Assembly: GCA_951406725.2 (NCBI GenBank)
Contig: OX597833.1
Span: forward strand, 59,644,001-59,708,000
Length of the DNA: 64,000 nt
From: Octopus vulgaris
Taxonomy: Eukaryota
Reading direction: 5' to 3'
In this document: piece by piece, positions 51,951 to 64,000 of the stretch
How the letters are laid out: the number at the start of each line of letters is the position of its first letter
How positions within the stretch are numbered: the first letter of the stretch is position 1
Notes under the pieces: model-generated
Databases searched by the model: none
The model's input: the letters and a program-made list of their open reading frames with translations, nothing else
What the model was told of the DNA's origin: nothing
Program-made: the position numbers and the translations under genes

Positions 51951-52975
51951 TCTCACTCTCTCTTTCTCTCTCTCACACACACACATCCACACACATCCAC
52001 AGACACACTGACGACCAACACAACACCAATTCCATTCCATCTTCTCCAACTACACACACACCATGACCACCACAGCACGAGTTCTCACACGTTGGACTCT
52101 GTACTCCCTGACCACATCATTTCCGAGCAGTTTCCACAGAAAGGAGGTCCATATAGAGAAGGATGTGACAGCTATATTTGGAATGCAGTCACTTGACTTA
52201 CAGGATATGACAGTTGTTTTGGGGAATAAGATATGCAAATTTTACATCGTTAAATAATTTGTGATTCTGCTATTCAATTAAGAAGCAAACCATGTGATTT
52301 TGGATGCAGTCCCACAACATGGCACCTTGGACATCCACAGGCTGACCAATGCCTTGGGACTGGAGTTGGTAGACGGAAATGGTGGGAAAGACCACAGCAT
52401 ATATATATGTGTACGTGTGTGTGTGTACATGTGATTCTGTGTGTGTGTGTGTATGCATATGCGATATGTATGTGTGTTTGTGCATGTGTGTGTGTGTACG
52501 TGTGTGTGTACGTGTGTCTGCGTGTGTTCATGTGTATGTGTGTGTGCATGTTTATGTATGTATGTATGTATGTGTGTGTGTGTATGTGTGTGTGTGTGTC
52601 TGTGTGTGTGTGTGTATCTGTGTGTGTGTATATGTGTCCGCATGTTTGTGTGTGTGTGTGTATGTGTGTATGTGTGTCTGCATGTGTATGTTTGTGTGTG
52701 TGTGTATGAGTTTGTGTGAGTGTATTTATATGTATATGTGTGTGTGTATGTATGTGTCTGCACACATGTGTGTGCCTGTGTGTATCTATTTATGTCCCAG
52801 AACTTAGTGGTTTGATAAATAGGGATTCAAAGAAATATTGGGGTTGATGTAGTTGAGCAAACGTTTGAGTATACCCCTGCCCCTGCCCCACCTGCAGCAA
52901 GCCCTTAACTTCCACAGATTGAAACCAGTAAAAACACCATATATATAAATATATATTTTTATATAAATGTGTGTG

Positions 52976-53032
<57 letters not shown>

Positions 53033-53645
53033 ATGATGTAAAAGTAAAAAAAAAATACAAACTGGGACAAGAACGTGAAACATTTAGAAGACGACACAAA
53101 AAACACGGATGGGACACTTGAAGCCCTCAATCATCAGTCAAGAACCGGATCATCTTCGCAATTTCGGCTGATTAATCTTGATATATATATATATATATAT
53201 ATATAAATTTGAAAAAACCCACTTTTTATCAATTCAATAATGAAAAATTAAATTATACCATCTAGAAAAATTACATCTTATAGAAAAATTAAATATAAGA
53301 TAAAATATATAACAATGATTTTTCATTATTGAATTGATAAAAGGAGGGTTTTTTTCTAATTTTTATATATATATATATATTATAATTGGTGAAATTTGAT
53401 TTAGTATTTCTAAATTGAATTTTTCCCTGTAAGTTTGGAATAATATTCCCTCATATATATATATATATATATATAGAATGGTTGTATACTGTCAATCTAA
53501 CACGAACATGACAGTAGGGGGTACACCACCGCTGTTTAGCCCTAGGAAGCATCGACGCCTCCTGATGGCTTTGACACATTTTTCTTGTGTCCTTATATAC
53601 ATTTACGAAGGGGAGACAAATACCCCCAGCCGCCCGGGCTGCATC

Positions 53646-53686
53646 TAGGGACACGTGTTTCAGGATAATTGTCCTTCGTCTGCCTA
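53646..53686 (-). ncRNA. Minimal (dimer-type) hammerhead-like fold, U4A variant
   Basis: Reverse complement reads tagg-CAGACGA-agga(caatta)tcct-GAAA-cacgtg-TC-ccta, with palindromic ACACGUGU stem III and a GUC site. Confidence 0.6.
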
Positions 53687-53839
53687 CACCACCGTACATA
53701 TCTCTACAAGAGATTTAGAAATTTAGTATTTCTGATATATATATATATAACATTCGCTTGGGATGGCCATTTTTTTTTGCCAAATAAATACACGCACTAT
53801 ATATTCATGTTTCACTCGTTTATTACCGTTCTTATTCTA

Positions 53840-54031
53840 ACTCATGTCCATTGTCCGGAAATCTTTCGTCACACATCTGTAACCTCTTCAGCAGCACTAT
53901 TCATCTTCATGAGTGCTCTTGCTTCACTTATTCTGTTCTTCAAGTGGAGCAAGTGCACACATGAAGCTGAAAAGTGTCACTGAAGAGACCACAGGTGTGT
54001 GATGAAAGATTTCCAGACAATGGACATGAGT
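53840..54031. repeat. ~90-bp imperfect inverted repeat with a hammerhead-like core in each arm
   Basis: Arms 53840-53929 and 53942-54031. CTGAAGA-g-stem-GAAA occurs in both orientations. Confidence 0.75.
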
Positions 54032-54818
54032 GTATCATCATCATCATCATCATCATCATCGTTTAACGTCCGCTTTCCACGCTAGCATGGGTTGGATGAT
54101 TTGACTGAGGTTTGGTGAACCAGATGGTTGCACTAGACTCCAATCTGATCTGTCAGAGTTTCTACAGCTGTACGCCCTTCATAACGCCAACCACTCCGAG
54201 AGTGTAGTGGGTGCTTTTACGTGCCAGTCAGGCGGCACAGGCAATGACCTCGCTCGAATCTTTTACACATGCCACCAGCACAGGTGCCAGTAAGGCGATG
54301 CTGGTAACGATCACGCTCGAATGGTGTCTTTTCCATGCCACTGGCACGGAGGCCAGATAGCTGCTCTGGCAACAATCACAATCGGATGGTGCTCTTCATA
54401 CCCTACTAGCATGGGGCTCGAGTGCCAGTAATGCGATGCTGGTAACGATCACGCTCGAATGGTGCATTTTAAGTGCCACTGGTATGGAAGCCGGTTAGCT
54501 GCTCTGTCAATGATCACACTCGGATGGTGCTCTTTGCACCCCGCTAGCACGGGGCTCGAGTGCCAGTAATGCGACGCTGGTAACGATCATGCTCGAATGG
54601 TGCATTTTAAGTGCCACTGGTATGGAAGCCGGTTAGCTGCTCTGTCAATGATCACACTCGGATGGTGCTCTTTGCACCCCGCTAGCACGGACGCCAGTCA
54701 TTGAGTTTGGTTTTGATCTTTGATTTTGATTTTTGATTTTTGATTTCACAACAGGTCTTTGCAAACAGAGTTTTAGTGTCCAAAGAAGGAAAAGGTATGC
54801 ATAAGTGTGTGTATATAA

Positions 54819-54867
<49 letters not shown>

Positions 54868-55419
54868 TGTATAAATATATATACACATATATACATACAT
54901 ACACATATCAACATATATATAGACATATAGACCTGTTGGGGCAAGTGAAATCGAAATCGGAATCGAAATTGAACCAATCCTATGACTGGCACCCGGCAGA
55001 TGCCAGGACCCCTGGACTGGTGGTACGTAAAAAGCACTATCCGAATCGTGGCCGATGCCAGTGCCGCCTCGACTGCCTTCCGTGCCGGTGGCACATAAAA
55101 AGCACCATCCGAATCGTGGCTGATGCCAGTGCCACCTCGACTGGCTTCCGTGCCGGTGGCACGTAAAATGTGCCAATCCGACTGTGGCCGTTGCCAGCCT
55201 CACCTGGCACCTGTGCAGGTGGCATGTAAAAAGCACCCACTACACTCACAGAGTGGTTGGCGTTAGGAAGGGCATCCAGCCGTAGAAACACTGCCAAATA
55301 AGACTGGAGCCTGGTGCAGCCTTCTGGCTTCCCAGATCCCCGGTCGGACCGTCCAACCCATGCTAGCATGGAGAACGGACGTTAAACGATGATGATGATG
55401 ATGATGATATGTATATATA

Positions 55420-55455
<36 letters not shown>

Positions 55456-56169
55456 CATATATGTATACATATATATTTTATTATTCTTTTAATTGTTTCA
55501 GTCATTTGACTGCAGCCAAGCTGGAGCACTGCCTTTAGTCAAGCAAATCGATCCCAGAGCTTATTCTTTGTAAGCCTAGTACTTATTCTATCAGTCTCTT
55601 TTGCTGAACTGCTAAGTTACTGGAATGTAAACACACCAGCATTGGTTTTCAAGCGGTGTTGAGGGGACAAATACAGACACACAAGCGTATACACATATAT
55701 ACATATGCATACATATATATATATGACGGGCTTCTTTCAGTTTCCGTCTACCAAATCCACTCACAAGGCTTTGGTCGGCCCGAGGCCATAGTAGAAGACA
55801 CTTGCCCAAGGTGCCATGTAGTAGGACTGAACCCAGCTAGCCAGCTACTTACCACACAACCACTCCTGCACCTATACTTATACATATATACATATACATA
55901 CATATATATGTGTGTGTGTGTGTATGTAAGTATGTATTTCTACGAAATCAAAAGAGACATTCTGGTACAGTTATTTTAATGAGTTCTATCTACTTATCAC
56001 CTGATGAGATATATCTGCACTGCTGGATGTTCCTGAACCAGTTGTTAAGTGTCCCACTCATGAGGGATTGATGCTAGACGTGTTGAAACAATTGTTGTGG
56101 TTAATGAAAATTCTCATATATTTCATCTTCCATCTGTCATTTATCATATATGTATATATGCAAATATAC

Positions 56170-56240
<71 letters not shown>

Positions 56241-56284
56241 CGGTGGCCCGTAAAAAGCACCATCCGTTCGTGGCCGTTGCCAAC

Positions 56285-56612
56285 CTTAATAGTAGGAAGA
56301 AGGCAGTCTGGGTCAAATGCGATTTTTGGCTGTCTCCACACGTATACTTGACTGGTCGTCGAAAATAAGGTAAAGGATGACTCGTCCAAGAAAATAACAT
56401 TCTTCCACTGCCCTAGGGACCAATTCTGTAGGTTTTTACTCCACTTTAAACACTTTACAACGTTTGTTTTTGAAAGTAATGGTTTTCTGATTGCAGCCCT
56501 CCCATGAAATCTGGCTTTGTGCAGCTCCCGGCAAACAGTTATTGTGGAAACTGGGTTCTCGAGGTGGTCATTAAGCTCTGCAGTAATTTTGGGAGCTGTA
56601 CTTTTGTGATCC
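56285..56612 (-). mobile_element. Tc1-family transposase fragment
   Basis: Reads VSTITVCRELHKARFHGRAAIRKPLLSKTN...WKNVIFLDESSFTLF...VYVWRQP. Confidence 0.88.
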
Positions 56613-58329
56613 TTTGCCAGTACCGCCTGACTGGCCCCTGTGCCGGTGGCACATAAAAGCACCCACTACACTCTCGGAGTGGTTGGCGTTAGGAAGGGCA
56701 TCCAGCAATAGAAACTCTGCTAGATCAGATTGGAGCCTGGTGCAGCCATCTGGTTCACCCCAGTCCTCAATCAAATCGTCCAACCCATGCTAGCATGGAA
56801 AGCAGACGTTAAACGATGATGATGATGATACACACACACACATCTATATATATGCGCAGGAGTGGCTGTGTGGTAAGTAGCTTGCTAACCAGCCACATGG
56901 TTCCGGGTTCAGTCCCACTGCGTGGCATCTTGGGCAAGTGTCTTCTGCTATAGCCCCGGGCCGACCAATGCCTTGTGAGTGGATTTGGTAGACGGAAACT
57001 GAAAGAAGCCAGTTGTATATATGTATATATATATATATATGTGTGTGTGTGTTTGTGTTTGTCCCACCAACATCGCTTGACAACCGATGCTGGTGTGTTT
57101 ATGTCCCCGTCACTTAGCGGTTCGGCAAAAAAAAACCGATAGAATAAGTACTGGGCTTTCAAAGAATAAGTCCCGGGGTCGAGTTGCTTGACTAAAGGCG
57201 GTGCTCCAGCATGGCCGCAGTCAAATGACTGAAACAAGTAAAAGAGTAAAAGAGTAAAAGAGTATATATTCATACACACACACATGTGTATGTTTGAATG
57301 TGTATATGTGCATCTATATATGTGTGTTTGTATGTATGTATGTATGGACACGCACACACACACACACACACACACATACGTGTGTGTAGATAATGGTGAT
57401 TAGTTCATCTTTCAATGTGTCATTAAAAAAAAATGACACATTTACAAACAATTTCCAAAAGTTTTCCCCCAGTTTTTCCAAGATAATGCTTCTGAAATTT
57501 TGCAACAATTATCTCTTTACTCTTTACTCTTTTACTTGTTTCAGTCAGTTGACTGCGGCCATGCTGGAGCACCGCCTTTAATCGAGCAACTCGATCCCGG
57601 GACTTATACTTTGTAAGCCCAGTACTTATTCTATTGGTCTCTTTTTGCCGAACCGCTAAGTAACGGGGACATAAACACACCAGCATCGGTTGTCAAGCAA
57701 TGCTAGGGGGACAAACACAGACACACAAACATATACACACACATACATACATATATATATATATATACATATATACGACGGGCTTCTTTCAGTTTCCGTC
57801 TACCTATTCCACTCGCAAGGCTTTGGTCGGCCCGAGGCTATAGCAGAAGACACTTGCCCAAGGTGCCACGCAGTGGGACTGAACCCGGAACCATGTGGTT
57901 GGTAGGCAAGCTACTTACCACACAGCCACTCCTGAATAATGAAAGCATCTCTGGTATTTGTTATTATCCAAACTGGATTTTCTGATAACAACTGTGTTGA
58001 CCCACTAATATGAAAGGTTATTGGGTGTGGTTTTCGCTCTCATTAAACTGGACCTTAATCATCTGTCAAGGACCAGACTTGTTCTTTTCTATTTACTTTC
58101 TCTCTTTTTTTTTTTTTTTTTTTTAAATTCAAAATGGTTTCAGATGTTTTCTGGTTATGTCATGTCAATGATTTTATGGTTGATGGCTCAGCAGAATCAT
58201 CAGAGCATTGAACTGGCACTATTTAGAATTTCTCTTTAAGAACCAGGAAATAAATTCAGCCCTGATTATTTATAAACTCTACATGGACATTGAAGTACAG
58301 CTCACATCTATGAGGCAGTACTGCTGTTG

Positions 58330-58607
58330 TTACACACACACACACACACACACTCTCTCTCTCTCTCTCGCACACACACACACACACATATATACACTCT
58401 CACTCACACACACACACACACATTCTCACACACTCTCTCTCTCACACACACACACACACTCTCACTCACACACACACACTCACACACACACTCTCTCTCT
58501 TTCACACACACACTCTCACTCACACACACACACACATACTTTCTCTCTCTCTCTCTCTCACACACACATACACACTCACTCACTCACATACACACACACA
58601 TACTTTC

Positions 58608-58643
<36 letters not shown>

Positions 58644-58693
58644 ACACACTCACTCACTCACACACACACACATGCACACACACACACACACTT

Positions 58694-58726
<33 letters not shown>

Positions 58727-58912
58727 CACTCACACACGCACACACACATACACACTCTCACTCACACATGCACATACACATACACACTCTCACTCACACA
58801 CATGCACACACACACACACACTCTCTTTTACACATACACACATGCACACACACACACACACACTTTCTCTCTCTCTCTCTTTCTCACACACACACACACA
58901 CACACGCACACG
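58330..58912. repeat. (CA)n/(CT)n microsatellite block (similar blocks 51830-52000 and 52400-52790)
   Basis: Directly visible. Source of the HT-rich spurious ORFs. Confidence 0.95.
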
Positions 58913-60361
58913 AGTCTTTGTGGTTATGAATCGAGAGGAAAAAGCAGGATATTAGAAAAATCTGATCCATGAATTTGATGCTCCTGTAGGTTCCCCTCTC
59001 CAGTGCATCCCCTTCGCTCTTGTAGCACTTCACAGTGACACTGCGACACCAGTCACTGGGCATGACATCTTCCTCTACTCCCCGTTTAACTATGTCACAA
59101 GACTAGCATGTGACTTGTCTCACCAGACATTTTTTAATCTCTCAGTAACTACCCTCAATGGTTCTAGCTGCTTTCCTCATCTTCAAATCCAAGCACTTCT
59201 CTTTCTGTTGTTCTGCTGTCAATGGCTGGTCCCCCAGGGAGAAACAGGGATATAAACAAACCAACACCGGTTGTCAAACCCTGGCAGGGGACAAACACAA
59301 CACAAGCAAAAAGACACACACATACATATATACATGTGTATACTCTTTACTCTTTTACTTGTTTCAGTCATTTGACTGCGGCCATGCTAGAGCACCGCCT
59401 TTAATCAAGCAACTCGATCCTGGGACTTATTCTTTTGTAAGCCCAGTACTTATTCTATCGGTCTCTTTTGCTGAACCGCTAAGTATGATGGGCTTCTTTA
59501 ACCCTTTAGCATTTAAACCGGCCATATCCGGCCAAAAGTATTCCACCAGTTTTATGTTCAAACTGCCCAGATCTGGCCTCTCACACCGACCCTACAATGT
59601 CATTTTAAAAATTAACAGTTACTTCATCAAAATCTCATCGCTACAAGATAATGCCTGATTAGTTCAAAACAATGTGGATAAAAAAGCATTAATTTTGGCT
59701 GAATAATGCAAACACTAAAGGGTTAAGTATCCATCTACTAAGTCCATTCACAAAGCTTTGGTTGACCAGAGGCTATATCAGAAGACACTTGCCTAAGGTA
59801 CCATGCTGTAGAAATGAACCCAAAACCATGCGATTGGGGAGCAAACTTCTCACCACACAACCATACCTGTGCCTATAAAAAAATCTCATAAAAGTGGTCC
59901 TTCTGTTTGCCAGTCAGCTATGTTTGTAGTGTATATGCAGAGACCATTGTCGTTATTGTCTGGGACTAAACTAAGTTTAATTACTCTATAAAATACTCTG
60001 ACCACTTCGATTACTTTATCTGCTCCTTTCTCAGCTAAACTGTATGCCAGCTTCACCAACCCTACTGCTATTACCTACCCAAAAGAATTTGTACCTTTGC
60101 CTCTAGCTTGTGAGGAGTTTTGTGAGGCACCCCTCCATCTTGCCACTTGAATACAACAAACATCCACTCAATCTCTCTTGACTTACTTTTCCCCATTTCA
60201 ATATTAATGGCGGTAGCCCTAAACCTGAGAGAAAAAGGTGTTTGTGTATGTTGTGTGTGAATGTGTGCATGATTCTGTGTGTGAGTGAGAGAGAGAAAGA
60301 GTGTGCATGTGTGTGTATATGTGTGAATGTGTGTATGAGTGTGTGTTTGAGAGAGAGAGAA

Positions 60362-60397
<36 letters not shown>

Positions 60398-61974
60398 TGT
60401 GTGTGTGTGTTGAGGGTGTTCTTTCAATTTCCCCAGTTGGAGACACCTCTCCTAAAAGAATGAAGATTAGCAAGAGGAGAACAAAGAAAGCAATAATCAA
60501 GATTATCTGAAGAACAATTAGAGCTAAGGGGGAGAAATAAATAAAGATATTGCTGTGCTTCACAGGAATGAATTGATTGCTGTAAGAACACAGCGAAGAA
60601 TGAATGAGGGTGAAAGAGATACCAAAATGGAGCCGTGGAAGACAGAAATTAAAAGAGGGGAGATTTGAGGGAACAGGCATCACAGAGATACCGAAATGGA
60701 ACAGTGGAGGACGCAAGTTTAAAGAGAGATCTAAAAGAAAGGCATCTTGAAAAATTCAAGAACCTGAAAGAGAATGGAATATAAGTAGACCTTTTAATAA
60801 CAGAAGCTAGGAGAAATACAAGAATTTGCAATGCAACAGCAAACATGTAAATATCTGTATTTAAAAATAAACGTGGTTTTTTTTTTTATATTTTTGGTTT
60901 ATTTTATTATCTTTCTTTTATATATATTTAAGTAAGATAAACATATTTGTTGTCATTATCGATGGCGCAGGTACTCTACTCTTTGTGTGTGTGTGTGTGT
61001 GTGTATGTGTGTATGTGTGTGTATGTGTATGTGCGTGTGTGTGTGTGTGTGTGTGTGTTCTTGTGTTTATTAGTAGCAAAAAAAGCCCTATGGAGAACTC
61101 ACCCTTTTCATGGGTCCAGTGATAATAATCACAACACACACACACACACACACACACATATACTCACACATATATACACACATCCATACACACACACACA
61201 TACACACTGTGATATTGTGCTATATGTTATCATAATCAAATGTGATAGCCATCTGTGTCTCTCTCTCTTTTTCTGTCTCTCCCTCCACCCAGCGCTACAC
61301 CCTTCCTGGCACACTTAAGGTTCAGCTGTTTTCTAATCTACCCCCCCCCCCCCTCGTCATCCCACCACACCCCCGTCGCCGCCACCCCCTCTTCTTTCCA
61401 TCATTTAACTCCATCTTCCACATGTGCTGGCACTGCAGTGGCGGCAGCTGTAGTGGTGGTGGTGGTGGTGGTGGTGGTGGTGATTGTGGTGGCGGCGGTG
61501 GTGGTGTCGACAGCGACAGGGTGTAGCGAGTGTAGTCACAGCAGCACCGCATCATCATCTTCTTAACGAGATAGGTGGAGGCAACGATGCAGAAAAAAAA
61601 AAAAAACCACACCGAAATAGAAGAAGGGCAAGGCTCAGTAACACCATCTCTCCCTCAGTCTGTGATGTTGTGGCATTCATCTCGAGCAACATGGGCCTAA
61701 ATTTCCCTTAGTTTAAGAAGACGTCCTGACACCGAAGCGTTGCCAACGTCACACTGCTGCAACCGAGATTTGAACCGTTTAAGTAATTAGGGGTATCAAG
61801 GGATATTCATGTCAGAAATTAGTAAACCATACTTTAAACCGTACTTTAAATTGTACTTTAAAACACCTCAGTTCGTTTGATGAGAGGAAATTCTATATTA
61901 TGGTGGCAACCCATTCCACACCTAGTGAACCCTGTGTATAATTAGCATTGCCATGGTAACTCAAAAACATGGAG

Positions 61975-63220
61975 AGTTTCTTCTTCTTCTTGAACTTCCC
62001 CATCATCATCATCATCATCATCATCATTAGCATCATCTCCATCAACCTCCTCCTCCTTTTCATCCTCATCCTCTTCTTTTTTTTCTTCTTCTTCTTCTTC
62101 TTCTTCTTCTTCTTCTTCTTCTTCCTCCTCCTCCTCCTCCCCCTCCTCCTCTTCCTCCTTTTCTCCTCCTCCTCCTCCTCCTCATCATCATCATCATCAT
62201 CATTGTCATCATCATCATCATCATCATCATCATTGTCATCATCATCATCATCATCATCATCATTGTCATCAGCATCCATCATCACTATTGCCGCTGCCAC
62301 CACCACCACCACCACCATCATCACCACCACCACCACCACCATTGCCACTTCTACCATAAAATGTACAACTAAATAGTGAAGTCTAGAACCTGCTTCTCTG
62401 AGCACACCACCACCAGTAACAACAACGACAACAACAACAATGGTGTACTAAGTACAAAATGATGTGATGTCACCAAGAGTTTGTCCTTCCCAACTTCTGG
62501 TCGCCATCGTTGTCATGGTAACAGTTTGGCAGAATGTTCTGCTTCTTCAAGTGTTTATTACATCCTGTGTGTGTGTGCATGTGTGTGTGTGTATGTGTGT
62601 GTGTATGTGTGCATGTGTGTGTGTGTGCATGTGTGTGTGTGTGTGTGTGCATGTGTGTGTGTATGTGTGTGTGTCTCCAGCTATTTTCATTGTAATAGCA
62701 ATCATCATCATTGTCCTAATAGCTGTCATCATCATTGTTGTCGTTGCCTTGTTGTCATCTTTCCCATCACCACCACCACCACCACCATCACCACAACCAC
62801 CACCACCACCATCACCACTACCACCACCATCACCACCACCACCACCATCACCACCACCATCATCACCACCAACAAACCACCACCACCACTACCATCAACA
62901 CCATCACCACCAAACCACCACCACCACCGCCACCACCACCATCACCACCATCAGCACCATCACCACCACCACCATCACCACCACCACCACCAAACCACCA
63001 CCACCACCACCACCACCAAACCACCACCACCAAACCACCACCACCACCATCACCACCACCAAACCACCACCATCACCACCACTGTAACAGCCATTATCAT
63101 CATCATCTAAACAAGCTATAATTGAAGCATCACATCTCAACTCCTAACCCAGCTCTCAACCACTCAACCACAATTAACGATGACGACGACCACCACCACG
63201 ACCACCACTACCCTACCATT
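61975..63220. repeat. Trinucleotide microsatellite cluster (CAT/CTT/CCT/CAC)n
   Basis: Directly visible. The homopolymeric ORFs are artefacts. Confidence 0.92.
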
Positions 63221-64000
63221 AAAATGTAAATGGATCTTCAGTCAGTTTCCATGGTGACTGTTCTGGTTGTGAAATCAACTTGAACTGCCTCCTAATTGAA
63301 TCATAAGTGGCTGAGTGTATCACAGAAGGTTGTATATTTAACATAAACCTCAGGTAGATTCTGGATGATGCAGTGTGTGACACTGTGATCCTTAACAAGT
63401 ACAGACCCTTCTCTATGAGTGTGTAACTGGCTGGGTATACCATGGACGTGTGTCCTCCACTATTTTTCCTGTATTGACCAGATGACTATCAGATGTTGTT
63501 ATACACCACTGGTCACAATGCACTTCCTTGCATTGTTGTAGCTATCGAATGAAACCCACCTTCTGGTTAGGTGGGCAGGCCAAGATTTCTTTTGAATAGA
63601 ATGCCAGGCTGTAAGGTAACCCATTTACAGCTGAGTAGACTGGGGCAACTATGAAATAAATTGTTTTGCTCAAGAACACAACGTATTACTGGCCTGGAAA
63701 TTGAAACCATGATCTTGTGATAGTGAGTACAACACACTACCCACTAGGCCATGTGCCCTCACATATCTGTCCTTATGATGTGGGGGGTCAATAAATATAG
63801 TACAAACCTAGGATTATGGAATGGTGGATATATTAGAGTGTCAGACAAAGTGCCTTGTGGTATTTGGTCCACTCCTTGGATTCAGAGTTCAAACCCTGTC
63901 TACACAGGTGGTAGACTTAATCAATCACCTAACTTTATTTTCTATCATGGGGTACCCTAGGTACCATCAGTGGAGTCCACTTTGAGGCAAATATTCAGGT

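Noticed and set aside
52000-52240. Unique-looking stretch after a (CT)n tract, possible exon
   Set aside because: No recognisable protein and no partner exons were found.
44727-58972. Long HT/YI/VC-rich ORFs (e.g. 44727-45458, 52274-52807, 58208-58972)
   Set aside because: These are translations of dinucleotide microsatellites.
61893-63140. Poly-D/E/K/H/P/T ORFs
   Set aside because: These are trinucleotide microsatellites open in many frames.

Overview
This is eukaryotic, AT-rich DNA dense in microsatellites and SINEs. The repeat families look like those of an octopod cephalopod (Octopus-like), which is inferred from recognition rather than a search. Three protein-coding genes were reconstructed by hand from splice sites and reading phase: a compact 5-exon TTC3/DZIP3-like RING-H2 E3 ligase (minus, 12432-19581, 333 aa), GTF2H5/TFB5 (plus, intronless CDS 27332-27544) and a 6-exon ZNF511 (plus, 28046-36818, 260 aa) starting only ~500 bp after the GTF2H5 stop. 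A tRNA-Thr(UGU) gene lies between the divergent genes. The rest is SINEs, LINE remnants (CR1, RTE, R4/Dong-like), DNA-transposon remnants (mariner, Tc1, Helitron, hAT/piggyBac/foldback MITEs), minisatellites and microsatellites. Most ORFs in the supplied track are repeat artefacts. The most notable observations are: (1) at least five unrelated short sequence families carrying hammerhead-ribozyme folds, typical of Penelope-like elements, including a complete canonical type I fold at 4552-4621 and natural core variants (G3-C8 swap, U4A); (2) foldback insertions that appear to have captured nearby genomic DNA; (3) a possible bicistronic or shared-promoter GTF2H5-ZNF511 unit. Repeat boundaries are approximate unless a TSD is given.
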